Source of the DNA: Stegostoma tigrinum
Lineage: Eukaryota
Reading direction: 5' to 3'
DNA: 63,758 nt
NCBI RefSeq assembly: GCF_030684315.1
Contig: NC_081396.1
Coordinates: 8,547,870 to 8,611,627 of the forward strand
A model generated the notes under the pieces. The model saw only the letters and a list, made by a program, of their open reading frames with translations. It searched no databases and was not told where the DNA came from. Shown piece after piece: positions 10,645 to 23,589 of this stretch. Positions within the stretch are counted from its first letter, which is position 1. Each line of letters opens with the position of its first letter. The position numbers were made by a program, and so were the translations under genes.

Positions 10645-11890
10645 GAGGATTACAGCATAGGGGGGTTGGGCGGGGACAGACCATTTGGCTCACTATGTCC
10701 GCGCCGACTATCAATTTCTATGCGTTCGAATCGTGTTTTACAGCAGTTAGCTGCTGATAGCCTTGTATGATATGACATTTCATCGAACGACTCTCGGGGG
10801 CTCTACCACCCTCTTAGGCATTAAATTCCAAGCGCACACCACTCTCTGGGTTATAAAGAAAACATCAAATCCCCCTCTAAACTTCTGTACTTTGCCTTAA
10901 AATAGTGTCTCTGGTTACTGACTCCTATACAAAGGAGATAAAACTTTCCCTACGTACCCTATCCATGCTCCTCATAATTTTGTATTAGGTCCCCATTTCA
11001 TCTTCTCTGTTCTAAGGAAAACAAACTCATCCTACGTAGTCCATCTTCACTGGTGAATTGCTCCAGTCCAGGCAACACCCTGGTGAATCTCCTGTGCTCT
11101 CTCCAGTACCTCAGCTATGGCCTAATTATGTTACATGCATCATAACTTCCTTCCTATTCTAGTCAGTGCTTTGACTAACAAGGGACATGTGCTTTCTTAT
11201 TGACCTTATCTGCCTGTCCTACTGCCTTCAGTCAGTGGACCTAAAAGCTAAGTTACTTCTGGTGTCTGTAATTCCTAATGTCTGACCATTCAGTGTGTAC
11301 TCCCTTGCCTTGATAGTCCTCCCATCACCTCTCTCTTTTTAGGATTAAATTCAATTTGCTGCTGTTAAGCCTGTTTGTGGTCTAAGGGTTTGCTCCTCGC
11401 TATTTACCACACCACTAATTTTAATTTTCCAAGCAAACTTACTGATTATACCTTCCAAATTCATGTCTTGATCATTGACGTATATTACAAACAATAAAGG
11501 ATCCAACCCTGTGGTATGCTGTTAAACACAGGCTTCCAGTCACAAAAACATGTTTCAACTATCACTCTATGCCTGTTGTCATTAAGCCAATTTTGGATTC
11601 AATTTAATAAATTGCTCTGAATCCCATGGGCTTTTAGTTTGTTAACCTGTCTGTCATATGAGACTTTTGTCAGAAGCTTCCAGGTCATGATCACTTGCCT
11701 AAATTTATTAGTTTAGTCTCAACTTGGCCTGCAGAAATGTTGCCCAAGATCTTGTATCTGTCCTGTAATCCTTTTACAATCAGCTGACAAAAACAACTTG
11801 TACACATCCTACTTGTATCGATCGTAAACATCTCCATCAAATATCCTGTCAATCTCCTCTGTTGCAAAGAGAACAATCTCAATTTCTTCA
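10645..11890 (-). mobile_element. CR1-type LINE fragments
   Basis: Reverse CR1 RT and tail; ORF 11691-11891 reads KLRLFSLQQRRL.G. Confidence 0.75.
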
Positions 11891-11904
11891 AACTCTGGAC
11901 TCCT

Positions 11905-12300
11905 CAGGGCCCATTTGCCATCTACGAGTCATAAGTCAGGAGTGCAATGGAATAGCTCCCCGCTTGCTGGATGAGTGCAGCCCCAACAACACTCAAGAAG
12001 ATTGATACTATCCAAGACAAAGCAACCTTCCTGATTGGCACCACATCCATTACCTTTGTTATTCACTCCCCTCACCACGATGCACAGTGCCAGCAGTGTG
12101 TACCGTTTACAAGATACACTGTAACAACTCGCCCGAGCAGTTCTGACAGAATTCTAAAGGTTCTCAACTCTTGTAGAACAAAAATGAAAACCCAAGTTCC
12201 AACACCTAGAGGATAAGGCCACAAATGTATTGAAACATGACCATCCAAGCTACACCGATTCTGACGACAGTGGTTACCCTAAAGCACAAGGACTGCAGTT
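11905..12300 (+). mobile_element. Second non-LTR family, 3' end (related copies at 45700-46140 - and 49790-51060 -)
   Basis: gtcaggagtgcaatggaatagctc followed by MSAAPTTLKKIDTIQDKA. Confidence 0.7.
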
Positions 12301-12411
12301 GCTCTCTGCAGAGAAACTACATCCATTTCAGTTAGCACTTTTGTGAGTAACATCTTCAAAACACTCCAAACATTTTCTAAATGTGATTTCCCCTCTGAAA
12401 TCCAGTCAAAT

Positions 12412-12757
12412 CATTAGAGAATCCTTAAGTGTGGAAGGAGGCCATTTGGCTCAAGTCCACTCCAACTGTCTGAAGAGCAACCCAACCCCTATCATGCCCC
12501 TGTAATCCTGCATTTCCCATGGCTAACCCACCTAGCTTGCACACCCCTGGATGTGTTGGAGCCATTTAGTGTGGCCAAACCACCTAACATGCACATCTTT
12601 GGATTGTAGGAGGAAACCAGAGTACCCAGAGGGAATCCATGCAGACATGGAGAGAATGTGCAAACTCCACACAGACAGTCACCTGAGGGTGGAATTGAAC
12701 CCAGGTCCCTGCTGCTGTGAGGCAACAGTGCTATCCATTGAGCCACAGTGCTTCCCC
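12412..12757 (-). mobile_element. HE1-like V-SINE
   Basis: Same family sequence as 7737-8062. Confidence 0.85.
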
Positions 12758-12769
12758 AAATGATCACCC

Positions 12770-13695
12770 TAGTGTCTATTTATCACCTCCTGCTTTAAAA
12801 CAGATTCTGTTGTGTTCTCCGTGACCATGGTAAGGCTAACAGGTCCATAATTCCATGTTTTCTGCCTTGCCATCTTAAATATTGGTGTGACATTTTCTAC
12901 TAATCAATCTGCAGGAATTATTCCAGATCTATGAAATTTTGGAAAATAATCAGCAATACATCAATTATCTCTGTAGCAACATCCTTCAACACCCAGGGAT
13001 GTAGAATATCAGATTCTGGGGATTTATCAATGTTCACCCCATTCATTTATCTAGTACAATATTCTTACTACTACAAATTTTCCTCAGTTCCTCATTCTTC
13101 CTCGCCACTTGAATCTCTAATCCTTGAAGATTTCTGGTATCTTCCTCAGTGAAACCAGACATAAAATTATCCTTTAGCTGCACTGCCACTCCCCATTTTA
13201 AATTCTGCCAACTCTGCCAGTAATGGACTGACATTTGTTTTAGCGTTTTGTTTTTCATACTTTTGAAGGCTTTACAGTCTTTTTTTTAAACTTTTTGCAA
13301 GATTGGATTCATGTTCTATTCTCCCTTGTCAGTTTTTTCTTGGTCCTCCCTTACTGTGTTTGAAACATCTCCCAATCCTCAGGTTTACTGCTGTTTCTGG
13401 TAACTTTATAGGCCTTTCTTTTAATGTATACAATTCTGAATTTCCATTATCAGCCTCAATTGACTGCCCTTCTTAATTTTTGTACCTTGAAGGAATGTAC
13501 AGTTGCTGCACAGTTTATAGTAGTTTTTTATAAACAAATGCATTGCCTATGTAAAGTTATGCCTTTTAATGTGCGTTTCCAATCAGCCCAGCTAATTTAT
13601 CATTTGCCTTGTACAAACGTAACTCCTTACTTCACATTGTATTTCAAAGCTAGGTGGTTCAGTGTAAAATTCTGTAATATCATGGTCATGTCTTT
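12770..13695 (-). mobile_element. CR1-type LINE internal fragment
   Basis: ORF 13043-13258 reads F.SGFTEEDT, a CR1 ORF2 linker region. Confidence 0.65.
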
Positions 13696-13699
13696 CTAG

Positions 13700-13756
13700 C
13701 TGCAGGCTCCTATAGGAGATTCTCAAATGGAAAGTAGTGGAATTGTTTCAAAATTG
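13700..13756 (+). other. Candidate micro-exon of ZNF-2
   Basis: tttctAG|ctgcaggctcctataggagattctcaaat...ttg|GTAAAT, homologous to 20734-20784 and 29982-30035. Confidence 0.45.
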
Positions 13757-14399
13757 GTAAATTTTAAACATTCATCTGCAATTTAGCACATGCAGTGCTG
13801 TGTTCTCTTATCTGTGAGAGGTTCCACGGCTTCGGGGCTGGTGCGATTCCTTTTTGGATCTGAATCAACGTCCATTGCCTCAATGCCATTGTGTACTCTT
13901 GTGTTTTCCACTGCTGCCCGTTCTCCTTCCCACAGGGTCTTTCAGTCAGGAATTGTCTTTCCTCTGCCATAGACTGTTTCCCTTCTGCTTTTCATCAGAA
14001 ATCGATGGTTAAATTCTGCACCATTTGTATTCCCCCCCCGCCCATTCATTCTGCACATCCTGAAACATTAATTCTGTTTCTCTCTCCACGGACACTGCCT
14101 GACCTGCTGAGTTATTCCAGCCTTTGCTGGATTTTTTTTTTATTTCAGACTTTCCCAGCGGCAGCAGTATTTTGCTATTGTTGCGGGCCTGGCTCTTGGA
14201 ATCGAGTCTAGAAACGTAGATGGACCAATTCAGAGCCAGCTTCTATCAGCTCAGACATTGGTTACAGATTTTGACATCTGGCCTCCAGTGCAGTGCCTTT
14301 CTTTTTCGATCCGTTTGTAGAGCTTGTGGCATCGGCAGTTGAAAGAACAGGCACCAGTGGTGGAGTGATTAAGGTCCCCAGTGCTCGAGAGGCTGGAAG

Positions 14400-15110
14400 T
14401 GTGGAGTCGCTTTAGATGCTTGTGAAGTTGTAGGAGATTACACTGATCAGAGGACTCCTCGAGGGACTTGAAAATAGCTACATCTTAAATAAGAGCCTTT
14501 GTAGATTAATGAGCACAGGAGTTATGTTGAACAAGACTTGGTGCGAGCAGAGTTTTGGATTTCCTTGAGATTACAAGGAAGTTGAATGTGAAGGTTGGCT
14601 GAGTGTGTTCTAGTCATACAGGAGGGAAACTGACCCTTTGGTCCAAATCGTCTATAGTGACCAGAAATCCTGAATTAATCTGGTCCCATTTACCGGGATT
14701 TGGCCCATAGCCCTCCAAACCCTTCCTATTCATGCACCTATCTAGATTAGGGTAGTTAAGTCTCGAGGTAACAAAAGAGATAGATGAGAGTTACAGCAGC
14801 AGATGAGCTGATACTACGTGGAATTGGGTTACTGAGGTGGAAATAGACAGTCTTGGTGATAATGGGGAGATGTGGTTGGAAGTTCATCTCGGGGTGAAAT
14901 ATTTCACACCGTGGCTGTGAATAGTCTGGTTGAGCCCCATACAGCTACCCAGGACAGGGATGGAGTCAATGGCAAGGGAGTAGAATTTGTAGTGGGGACT
15001 CGAGACAGGGGCTTCAGTTTTCCTCATATTTAAATGGAGGAGACTTCTGCTTATTCTGAACAGGATGTCACACAGTTAGGACAGTGTGTGACTTAGAGGT
15101 GATGGTGGTC
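14400..15110 (-). mobile_element. Old L2-like remnant shared by the last introns of paralogs
   Basis: The motifs gatgagagtt.cagcagcagatgag and ttcc..atattta..ggag recur in part or whole at 21480-21550, 30450-30900, 34770-35110 and 41640-42160. Confidence 0.65.
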
Positions 15111-15597
15111 AAGTATACCTGGTATCCTCGTGATTGAGACTGCAGAGATTCTGTCAAACTTAAGGTTCAGCTGAAAATACATAAATCCTCTCCTTCAATC
15201 CATGTGGTCCCCAAACCCACTGTCCCTCCTTCTGTGTTTCTCTGTGCTTATTTTTCTCCTCCCATAGAGGCCACATCTTTATGTAAACCCAAACAGAGTG
15301 GCAGGTTCTCTTTCCTCGTGGACATTACTGAACTAATTGGGTTTTTTGACAATTCAGCAACTTTTATCACTTCTACCGGCTGCCTGCTAGATTACGCTGT
15401 TCATGCTGCTCAATTTCACACTTGCCTTTGTGTTTTTGTTGCTTCTCCCTCACAGCCATTTTTTTTCTTCTGTTTTGTTTTCACAGGTTAATAGACGGAG
15501 ATATTTTTGCACTCGGGGAAACTGCAACCAAGCATCGCACCAGGATCTGACAAAGTTGCGCAAATTATCATAACCTCAATATTGTCGGATTTTGAAC

Positions 15598-16467
15598 ATG
15601 GAAGGAAAGAGCACGGCTCACAGCGAAGAGAAACTGTATATGTGTTCTGTGTGTGGACAAGAGTTCAGCCGATCATCTGACTTGTTGGGACATAATTGCA
15701 CCCATGGGAAGGACAAGAGCTGGACATGTGGGGACTGTGGGAAGGGATTCAATTACCCATCTCAGCTGGAAGCTCACCGTCGTTGTCACACTGGGGAGAA
15801 ACCATTCACCTGCTCCAAATGCGAGAAGGGTTTTACTGCCTTATCAACCCTAGTGATACACCAACGTGTTCACACTGGGGAGAAACCTTTCAAATGTCTA
15901 GTCTGTGGGAAGTGCTACAAGCGTTCTGGGGAATTGATGGCTCATCAACGTGATCACACAGATGAGAGACCTTTTAAATGTACACACTGTGGGAAATGCT
16001 ATAAAACATCTGGGGAACTGATGTCCCACCAACGTGTTCACACTGATGAGAAACCATTCAGGTGTTCTCACTGCGGGACTGGGTTCAAGAGATCATATGA
16101 GCTCACTGTGCACCAGCGCGTTCACACAGGCGAGAGGCCATTCATCTGCTCAAAGTGTGAAAAGAGATTCACTTGTTCGTCCAACCTGCTGAAACACCAG
16201 CGACTTCACACAGGGGAGAGGCCTTTCACCTGTCCCGACTGTGGGAAGGGGTTCACTCAGTTATCCAGCCTGCAGGTGCACCAACGAATTCATACGGGGG
16301 AGAGGCCATTCACTTGTTCAGAGTGTGGGAAGGGATTTATCCAGTCGTCAAAATTGCTGACACATCAGCGATTTCACTCTGGGGAGAGGCCATTCACCTG
16401 CTCTGAGTGTGGGAAAGGATTCACAACCTCATCCCACCTACTGACACATCAGCGAGTTCACAAGTAG
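15598..16467 (+). CDS. C2H2 zinc-finger protein, 10 fingers (ZNF-2)
   Basis: Acceptor at 15485-15486, ATG context ttgaacATGgaa, 10 canonical fingers, AATAAA at 16596. Confidence 0.92.
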   Translation: MEGKSTAHSEEKLYMCSVCGQEFSRSSDLLGHNCTHGKDKSWTCGDCGKGFNYPSQLEAHRRCHTGEKPFTCSKCEKGFTALSTLVIHQRVHTGEKPFKCLVCGKCYKRSGELMAHQRDHTDERPFKCTHCGKCYKTSGELMSHQRVHTDEKPFRCSHCGTGFKRSYELTVHQRVHTGERPFICSKCEKRFTCSSNLLKHQRLHTGERPFTCPDCGKGFTQLSSLQVHQRIHTGERPFTCSECGKGFIQSSKLLTHQRFHSGERPFTCSECGKGFTTSSHLLTHQRVHK

Positions 16468-16689
16468 TGACAAGTGATTTGTATTTTGCTGGGGTTAATG
16501 TTAATTGCATCCAGGACTGAACCATGTTCACTGGGGTCTGATTTAGGTGCTGATACTGAATTTCTTATAAGGTCTAATATTCCAGCCAAAAGTCCAATAA
16601 ATAAGTTTTGTGTTCAGCATGCAGTATGTGGAGTCTTGTTACTATCTCTAACTCAAGTTAGTTTCTTTTGAAGGATTCTCTTCTATCCT

Positions 16690-17770
16690 CACATCCAGCA
16701 ACAGTTGTGATGAGCTCATACAACATTTTTGTCATTAAGTTGGAAACTATCCAATTAGCTGCCTCTGCTGCTTCCCCTGTATTAGTCCAGCAGACTAAAC
16801 TGTCTTTTAATATTCCATTTGCCTGAGTGTGAACTTGCATCTTCCCTCAGTTTCTTTCCCATCTCTGCACGTAACCACTCGGTGCTCCTCTTGTTCCTGG
16901 TGCCCACCTCTTGCTCCATTATCACTATTCCCAGAACATAGTCACAAAGCCTCCCACATTCACATTATATTATAGATTTTTTTTTGCTATCTCTTTCTTC
17001 AGGTTTTGCCCCACTTTTCCTCAAATATGCCATTATCACTCCCTTCTATAAGGACACACCCTTTACTCAACTGTCCTTACAAACCACCATCCTATCTGCA
17101 ATTTCATAGCATCATCATAGAATCCCTACAGTGTGGAAACAGGCCCTTCGGCCCAACACGTCCACGCTGACCTTTGGAGCATCCCACCTAGACCCAGCCC
17201 CCTGTTACCCACCTAATCTGCACATCCCTGAACACTATGGGCAATTAAGCATAGCCAAGTTCACCTCGCCTGCACATCTTTGGACTGTGGATGGAAATCA
17301 GAACATCTGGAGGAGACACAGGCAGACATGGAGAATGTGCAAACTCCTCACAGACAGTCACCCAAGGGTGGAATTGAATGTGGGTCCCTGATACTGTGAG
17401 ATAGCAGTACTATCTACTGAGCCACGGTGGTGTCTGTAATTTCTCTTATGTCTCCTGCGTTCTTGAACGTTTCATCACTTTACCAGATTTCTACCTATCA
17501 TTCCTGCGACTCCATGCTGAAATCCCTCTAATTACAGTTCTGTCCCTACCGCAGTATCATATCTCGTCTTTATCAAAGTCACAATTGACATCCTGTGTCC
17601 TGGAGTGTGGTATTCTCTTACCTTATCATTCTTGACCTGTTTGCAGCGTTTGACATGTTGATCAACCCGTCCTCCTCCAATTCCTCTCCACTGTTGTCCC
17701 ATTGGCTGGGAGTGAACTATTCCAGTTCCTTTTATTTCTTAGATTTAGAATGATGAGCAACAGCTTTATT
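16690..17770 (+). mobile_element. L2-type LINE RT remnant with an inserted HE1 SINE (17105-17432, -)
   Basis: cttgacctgtttgcagcgtttgacatgttgatc resembles LDLSAAFDTVD; V-SINE sequence lies inside it. Confidence 0.7.
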
Positions 17771-18275
17771 TCCTCAGTTAAATACTGGAAACACCAGCAA
17801 AAATAATAAAATTAACATGAGGCAGGGTGATTTAAGATGCACCATAAGCCAGGGAATCTAATTAGTCTACATTTCTAAGGAATCAAATTTGCACATACAG
17901 GACAGTCAAAGCGAACAACTAACAGTAAATAGTTAAATTATTCAATAACTCTACTGTTCTGTTGGACTTTCAAACTTCTATCGTTTTGCCTATGTTTTAA
18001 CTTTTCAACCATCAAAATCCAATAGTTCATACTTCTCTGCATTTGATTTGATCTGCTTTTTATCTGGCCTGTTGGAATTACACAATACGTAAGGAAGGCA
18101 TTCGGGCTATTTCGTCCGTTCTGGCTTTCCGCTGCAATAATTCCCCCGGTGCCCGACTTCTACGTTTTCCCCATTGCCCTGCAAATGTTCCCCTTCAGCC
18201 AATGATCCAAATTTCTTTTCGAGCAATGCATTCCAGATGATCACTCTTTGTGTGAAAACAAAGAGAATTTTATGT

Positions 18276-18442
18276 CTGAGATAACAAGCTGTGGAGCTGG
18301 ATGAACACAGCAATTCAAGCAGCATCGGAAGAGCAGGAAAGCTGGCATTGTGGTTCTGGACCCTTCTGTGATGCTGCTGTGTTCGTCCAGCTCCACACCT
18401 TGTTATCTCAGATTCTCCAGCATCGGTAGTTCCTGCTATCTC
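18276..18442. mobile_element. Penelope-derived fold-back element with TSD
   Basis: Inverted arms gagataacaag.tgtggagctgga / tccagctccacaccttgttatctc. Flanking near-perfect direct repeat agaattttatRtctg at 18264-18278 and 18443-18457. Confidence 0.8.
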
Positions 18443-18559
18443 AGAATTTTATATCTGCGGCTTTAATCTTAATCAAAAATCGCTGGCTTTTATCCGATAA
18501 TAATATTACATTTCAACGCTACTAATTTAATGCAAACACACGACTCGCTTCATCTTCCT

Positions 18560-18950
18560 GCTGAACAGCGTGGCTCCAGCGCACTGGGGGGCTCCGAATA
18601 GGGCATGCGCAGTGTGTTGTCCGACTGGAGCATGCGCGGTTCAAACGCTGGCGGGAGCCTCAGGCGGTCAGGTCGGATCAGGTAGACGAGCAGGGAGGAA
18701 TGGAGACAGCGGTGGGGACTAATTTATCCGGAGAGTGGATGAGGAGGCTTTATAAACAACTGTTGTAGGCCACAAACCGTGAATAAGAAGCTCCCGGGAT
18801 CAGGTTCGCTCCGATTTGACGACTTACCGCTTTTCTCCTGAAAACATGACCGAATGGACCACCGCCATCTTTGTAGGTGGTAACGGGTAGTGGAGCGCAT
18901 GCTCAACCGCCATCTTTATAGGGGGCAATCTGCTGCCATGCACCTTGTAA
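18560..18950 (+). promoter_or_regulatory. CpG-rich promoter/first exon of ZNF-3
   Basis: GCATGCGC at ~18603 and ~18629; twin CGCCATCTTT elements at 18864 and 18909. Confidence 0.75.
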
Positions 18951-19492
18951 GTAGTCTACACTGCAGTTATTGTGGATGAATGGTAGTTAGAGTGAATGTG
19001 AAAGGGGGTGATGGGGGAACGGTAGAACATCAGGCTTTGTCCTGGCTTTCCTCAGTGTCCATGGCGTCACACTCACCATCTGGAAACTTGCTGATAACTC
19101 ATTTGACCTGTCCATATAATTTTGCATTCACTTGTGTCCCTCTCACAACCCTGTGTTCCCACTTCTGTCTGTGAGTTTATTCATCCAGGCAAGTGAAGAA
19201 AATTCCATTGTACAACTGGCCTGTGCCTTGTACTTGATGAACAGGCTTTGAGGAGTCGGGAGGTAAGTTAAAACTACATAAATACTGTTTAGTAGCATGG
19301 TTGACAACATGTGTCATAATTTTGCTGATTGTAGAGAAGAGAGTGATGGGGGGGGCTCTTCATATGGATTCGTTGTCAGTTGCCAGCGGTTGCAGCTATA
19401 CTGAAACAGATTAGTTAGAGGTATAGCAAAGTCAAACCAAGAGATTTTCCGTTCTGAATTGACTGCAACAGCTTTTATACCTCCTTTACAAG

Positions 19493-19599
19493 CGTTTTGC
19501 AAGTGGAAGATTTACATTCAGGAAACTCTAACCAACCATCACATTGAGATCTGACAGCATCTGGATTCATCAGGACCTGGATATTTCTGTCATTAGAGT
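19493..19599 (+). other. Non-coding 5' exon of ZNF-3
   Basis: tttacaAG...aaccaaccatcacattgagatctgaca...catcaggacct...gagt|GTAAGG. Confidence 0.6.
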
Positions 19600-20733
19600 G
19601 TAAGGATTGGATGCAGGTCTTTCCCTGTCATTGCATAAGAAACATTGTTCTCACTTCTTTGTAAATCTACACCAGAATGATGGTGGCGGGGTTGGGGCGG
19701 GGACAGGTATGGTGGAAAGGGAGGCATCCAGGCTGAAATTAGTGATATTACAGGCCTAACAGGTTCCCCTTTGGGGTGAAATGTAGAAGCAACAAGCCCA
19801 GTAACCCTTGGATGTTCAGGAATATTTGGGATTGGGTAAGAAGAAAAAGATGTTTTTAACAGATACAAAGGGAGCAAATCAATGGAGAGCCTGGTGGAGT
19901 AAAGGAAGTGCAGGGTGATCGTAAGAAAGCAATTAGGAGAGCAAAGAGTGGGAATGAGAAAACACTGGCAGGCAGAATTAGGGAGAATGCCAAGCTTTCT
20001 GTAAGTATATCAAGGGGAAGAGAGTAACTAGGGACAGAGTAGGGACTGAGCAGGCAGTATGTGGCTGGATCCAGAAGGTTGTGCTAAATGAGTACTTCAT
20101 ATCTGTCTTCAATCTGGAGAAGGAAAATGTGGGTTCAGGATTTGTGAACAGGGACTGTGAGATGACTGAGCAATTGAAATGTCATAACATTCAAGGCTAT
20201 GAGCCTAGTGTGGCAAAATGGGACTAGCGTAGATTTAGAGTTGTTTTTCTGTTGGTGCAGGCTTGATTGGCCAGAGGGTCTGTTCTATACCATATGATTC
20301 TGTGATAGATCTTGTCAAAAATTGTAAATTCTTGGCCCTTATTCCTTTTGTGATGAGCCAAAGAGAACTTCTTTTCTTAATCTACGTTATCTGTATGTTT
20401 CAGAATGTTGTGTAAATCCATCTAATCTCCCTCTGATCTACTTTGCTGCAAGAGGAACCGTTTTCTCAAAGTTGACCTTTAAAATTGTGACTTAAAGTTC
20501 CTCATCCCTCAAACCATTCTGGTAAATCTTCTCAGTAGCCCCTATCAGACACCCTCCCTCCCATCCTTCATGATTTGTGGTGATATCTGGTTCGCACAGA
20601 CCTAGATGCTGTGTGTTCCTGTCTCTGATGTCATCACGCAGCAACAATTGCACAGTGGCATCGGTCACTCACTGGGGTATTTCCTCAATTGTGAGATTTT
20701 TCTCTGTCTCCACTGTTTCTGGTCTCTTTCCAG

Positions 20734-20784
20734 CTGCAGACTCCAGCAGGAGATCTTCAAATCAAAAACTGGAAATGCTCAGAG
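20734..20784 (+). other. Candidate micro-exon of ZNF-3
   Basis: Polypyrimidine tract, then tttccAG|ctgcagactcc...cagag|GTGATT; conserved in ZNF-2 and ZNF-4. Confidence 0.55.
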
Positions 20785-20925
20785 GTGATTATTCTGAGCA
20801 CTTGCCCATAGTGCATATAGCACATTATATGCCGGCCTTGAAAATGTCAGAGGATGGTAAATTCTTGGGAAGATGACTGTAAAACAGACACTAGCTTAAG
20901 ATATAAAAGAGGACTGAGAAAGTCC

Positions 20926-21250
20926 TGGGGGTGGCACGGTGGCTCAGTGGTTAGCACTGGTTGCCTTGCAGCACCAGGGACCCAGGTTCAATTCCACCCT
21001 CGGGCCACTTTGTGTAGAGTTTGCACATTCTCCCAGTATCTGCGTGGGTTTCCTCCGGGTGCTCCAGTTTCCTCGCACAGTCCAAAGAAGTGCAGGCTAG
21101 TTAGATTGGCCATGCTAAGTTGCCTGTAGTGTTTAGGGATGTGTAGAGCAGGTGGGCTATAGGAGGATGGGTCCAGTTGGGACGCTGTGAGGGTCGGTGT
21201 GGACTTTTTGGGCCAAAGGGCCTGTTTCCACACTATAGGGATTCTATGAA
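20926..21250 (+). mobile_element. HE1-like V-SINE, full length
   Basis: gtggcacggtggctcagtggttagcact (A box), caggttcaattcc (B box), V domain and gggattctatga tail. Confidence 0.9.
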
Positions 21251-22207
21251 AGGAGGAAGTGTTTCCACCAATGATTTTAATTTAATCTGCACACATGTAA
21301 TGTTTGATTTTGTTTTTGGATTTTAAGGTGTCAGCATCAAGGGCATGCAGAATTTCCCACTGGTGCGACAAAACAGCACCGACAATGCTGAGAGGGAAGG
21401 AGTTATGGGGAAGATGAAGGAATGCTAATATCACCATCATCAAGGATAGGGATGGAGACTGTTAGTAAATGGGTTTGTAATAGGTCCAGGAAACAATGCC
21501 TTCTGTTGTTCCAATATTTAAATAGAGGAAATTCCTGGTCATCCAGTACAGGGCTACGGGGAAAGTGCAGGGAAGTGGAGTTGAAATGCCCATCAGCCAT
21601 GATTAAAAGGACTTGATGGGCCGAATGGCCTTACTTCTACTCCTATGTCTTATGGTCTTAGGATGTCAGACATATCAAGAGAGGGTGTGACTTAGTAGGA
21701 ATTCGTGGGTGATGGTGTTTACATGCAACTGCTATCCTCGTCCTTCTGGCTGGTGGTAGTTAAGCGTTTGGAAAATTCCATCAGAGTCCCGTTCAAGGTG
21801 AAGATTTGTTCAAACTCTCTTCTTCATCCCTCGTCTCCCCCATTTCTTTCTCTGTCGTACTGTCGCCACTTTGTCCCAAAGGGGCCAGAGTCTTCTGTAG
21901 ATCCAGACTGTGACAGGTTCTGTCCTCTGAATACGTTGCTGAAGCATTGGGTTCCGATGACAGTCCAACAACTTTTGTGGTCATTCTGTCCATTGTGCTG
22001 GCCCCACAAATTACCAGGTTCAAAATCAGCTCAGTTTCACATGGCTTTGTGTTTTTGAGAGTTCTGTCTCGCTATTTTCTGTTTTAAAATCAATTTCACA
22101 GGGCCTTAGAAAGGAGGATTTGTAGCCGGGAAACAAACCAAATGTAACATCAGGACCTAACAGATGTGACCAATTCATTGCAACGTGAATATCATCAGGT
22201 TTTGAAC

Positions 22208-23338
22208 ATGGAAGGAAAAGGTACCGTTCATGGTGGGGAGAAACCATACACATGTTCTGTATGTGGACAAGGTTTCAGCCGATCATCTGATATGTTAGGA
22301 CATAAATGCAGCCAGAATGTGGAGAAACCGTGGAAATGTGCGGACTGTGGGAAGGGATTCATTTCCCCCTCGAAGCTGGAAACTCATCGGCGCAGTCACA
22401 CCGGAGAGAGGCCATTCTCCTGCTCTGGGTGTGGGAAAGGCTTTACCACGTCATCCCACCTGCAAAGGCACCAGCGAGTCCACGCTGGGGAGAGGCTGTT
22501 CACCTGTAACGAGTGGCGGAAGGGAATCACATCTTCCTCTGGCTCATTAACACATCAACAAGTTCAAACTGCAGAAAGATCTTTTAAGTGCCCAGACTGT
22601 GGGATGTGCTGCGCAAGTTCTGAGGGACTGATGTCCCACCAGTGTGCTCATGCTGACGGAACACCATTCCGGTGTTCCCATTGCAGGACTGGATTTGAGA
22701 CATTGCCTGAACTCACTGTGCACCAACGTGCTCACACTGGGGAGAAGCCATGGAAATGTGGTGACTGTGGGAAGGGATTCAGTTACCCCTCTGAGCTGGA
22801 AACCCATCACCGCACTCACACTGGTGAGAAACCATTCACGTGCTCTGACTGTGGGAAGGGATTCACTCGGTCTTACCAGCTGATGACACATCGGCGAGTT
22901 CACACCGGGGAGAGACCATTCACCTGCTCTGAGTGTGGGAAGGGATTCACAAATTCATCGGACCTTCTGATACACCAGCGAGTTCACACTGGGGAGAGAG
23001 CATTTACCTGCTCTGTGTGCGGGAAGGGATTCACTACCTCGTCTACCCTGGTGACACACCAGCGGGTTCACACCGGGGAGAGGCCCTTCACCTGCTCTTT
23101 ATGTGGGAAGGGATTCACTCGGTCATCCACCCTGGCGATGCACCAGCGAGTTCACACCGGGGAAAGGCCGTTCACCTGCTTTGATTGTGGGAAGGCCTTC
23201 ACTCAGTTATCCAGTCTGCTGAGACACCAGCGAGATCACAGCGGAGAGAGGCCATTCACCTGCTCTCAGTGTGGCAAGGGATTCACTCGGTCGTCGACCC
23301 TGTTGAAGCATCAACAAGTTCACCAGGAACTGCAGTGA
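22208..23338 (+). CDS. C2H2 zinc-finger protein, 13 repeats, 11 canonical (ZNF-3)
   Basis: Acceptor at 22100-22101, ttgaacATGgaa, repeats 1 and 4 lack zinc ligands, AATAAA at 23448. Confidence 0.9.
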   Translation: MEGKGTVHGGEKPYTCSVCGQGFSRSSDMLGHKCSQNVEKPWKCADCGKGFISPSKLETHRRSHTGERPFSCSGCGKGFTTSSHLQRHQRVHAGERLFTCNEWRKGITSSSGSLTHQQVQTAERSFKCPDCGMCCASSEGLMSHQCAHADGTPFRCSHCRTGFETLPELTVHQRAHTGEKPWKCGDCGKGFSYPSELETHHRTHTGEKPFTCSDCGKGFTRSYQLMTHRRVHTGERPFTCSECGKGFTNSSDLLIHQRVHTGERAFTCSVCGKGFTTSSTLVTHQRVHTGERPFTCSLCGKGFTRSSTLAMHQRVHTGERPFTCFDCGKAFTQLSSLLRHQRDHSGERPFTCSQCGKGFTRSSTLLKHQQVHQELQ

Positions 23339-23589
23339 TTGTATTTTGTTGAAAAGCATGCAAGAACTGAATCATGTTCATTGGAGTCTATTTCTGCTCC
23401 TTGAATAGAATCCAGCACATTAAGGTGAACATACAGGATTAAAGTCAAATAAAGTTGTATTGAAGAATCAGTGTGTTGAACCTTCTTAATATCTCTATTA
23501 GAAGATAGTCCCTTTTAAATAGTTCTCCCTTTCCCCTGTCTTTTCTATCCTCCCTCCTGAGTTAAGGATGTTGTGGAGCTTCATTGTCA

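Noticed and set aside
15487-15597. Coding N-terminal extension or spliced KRAB-like domain
   Set aside because: The leader has an in-frame TAA here, and in-frame stops also occur in ZNF-1, 3, 4, 5, 6 and 7. ORF-track starts at TTG/GTG are artefacts.
20926-21000. tRNA gene
   Set aside because: The A and B boxes belong to the head of an HE1-like SINE; the same applies at 55637-55700.
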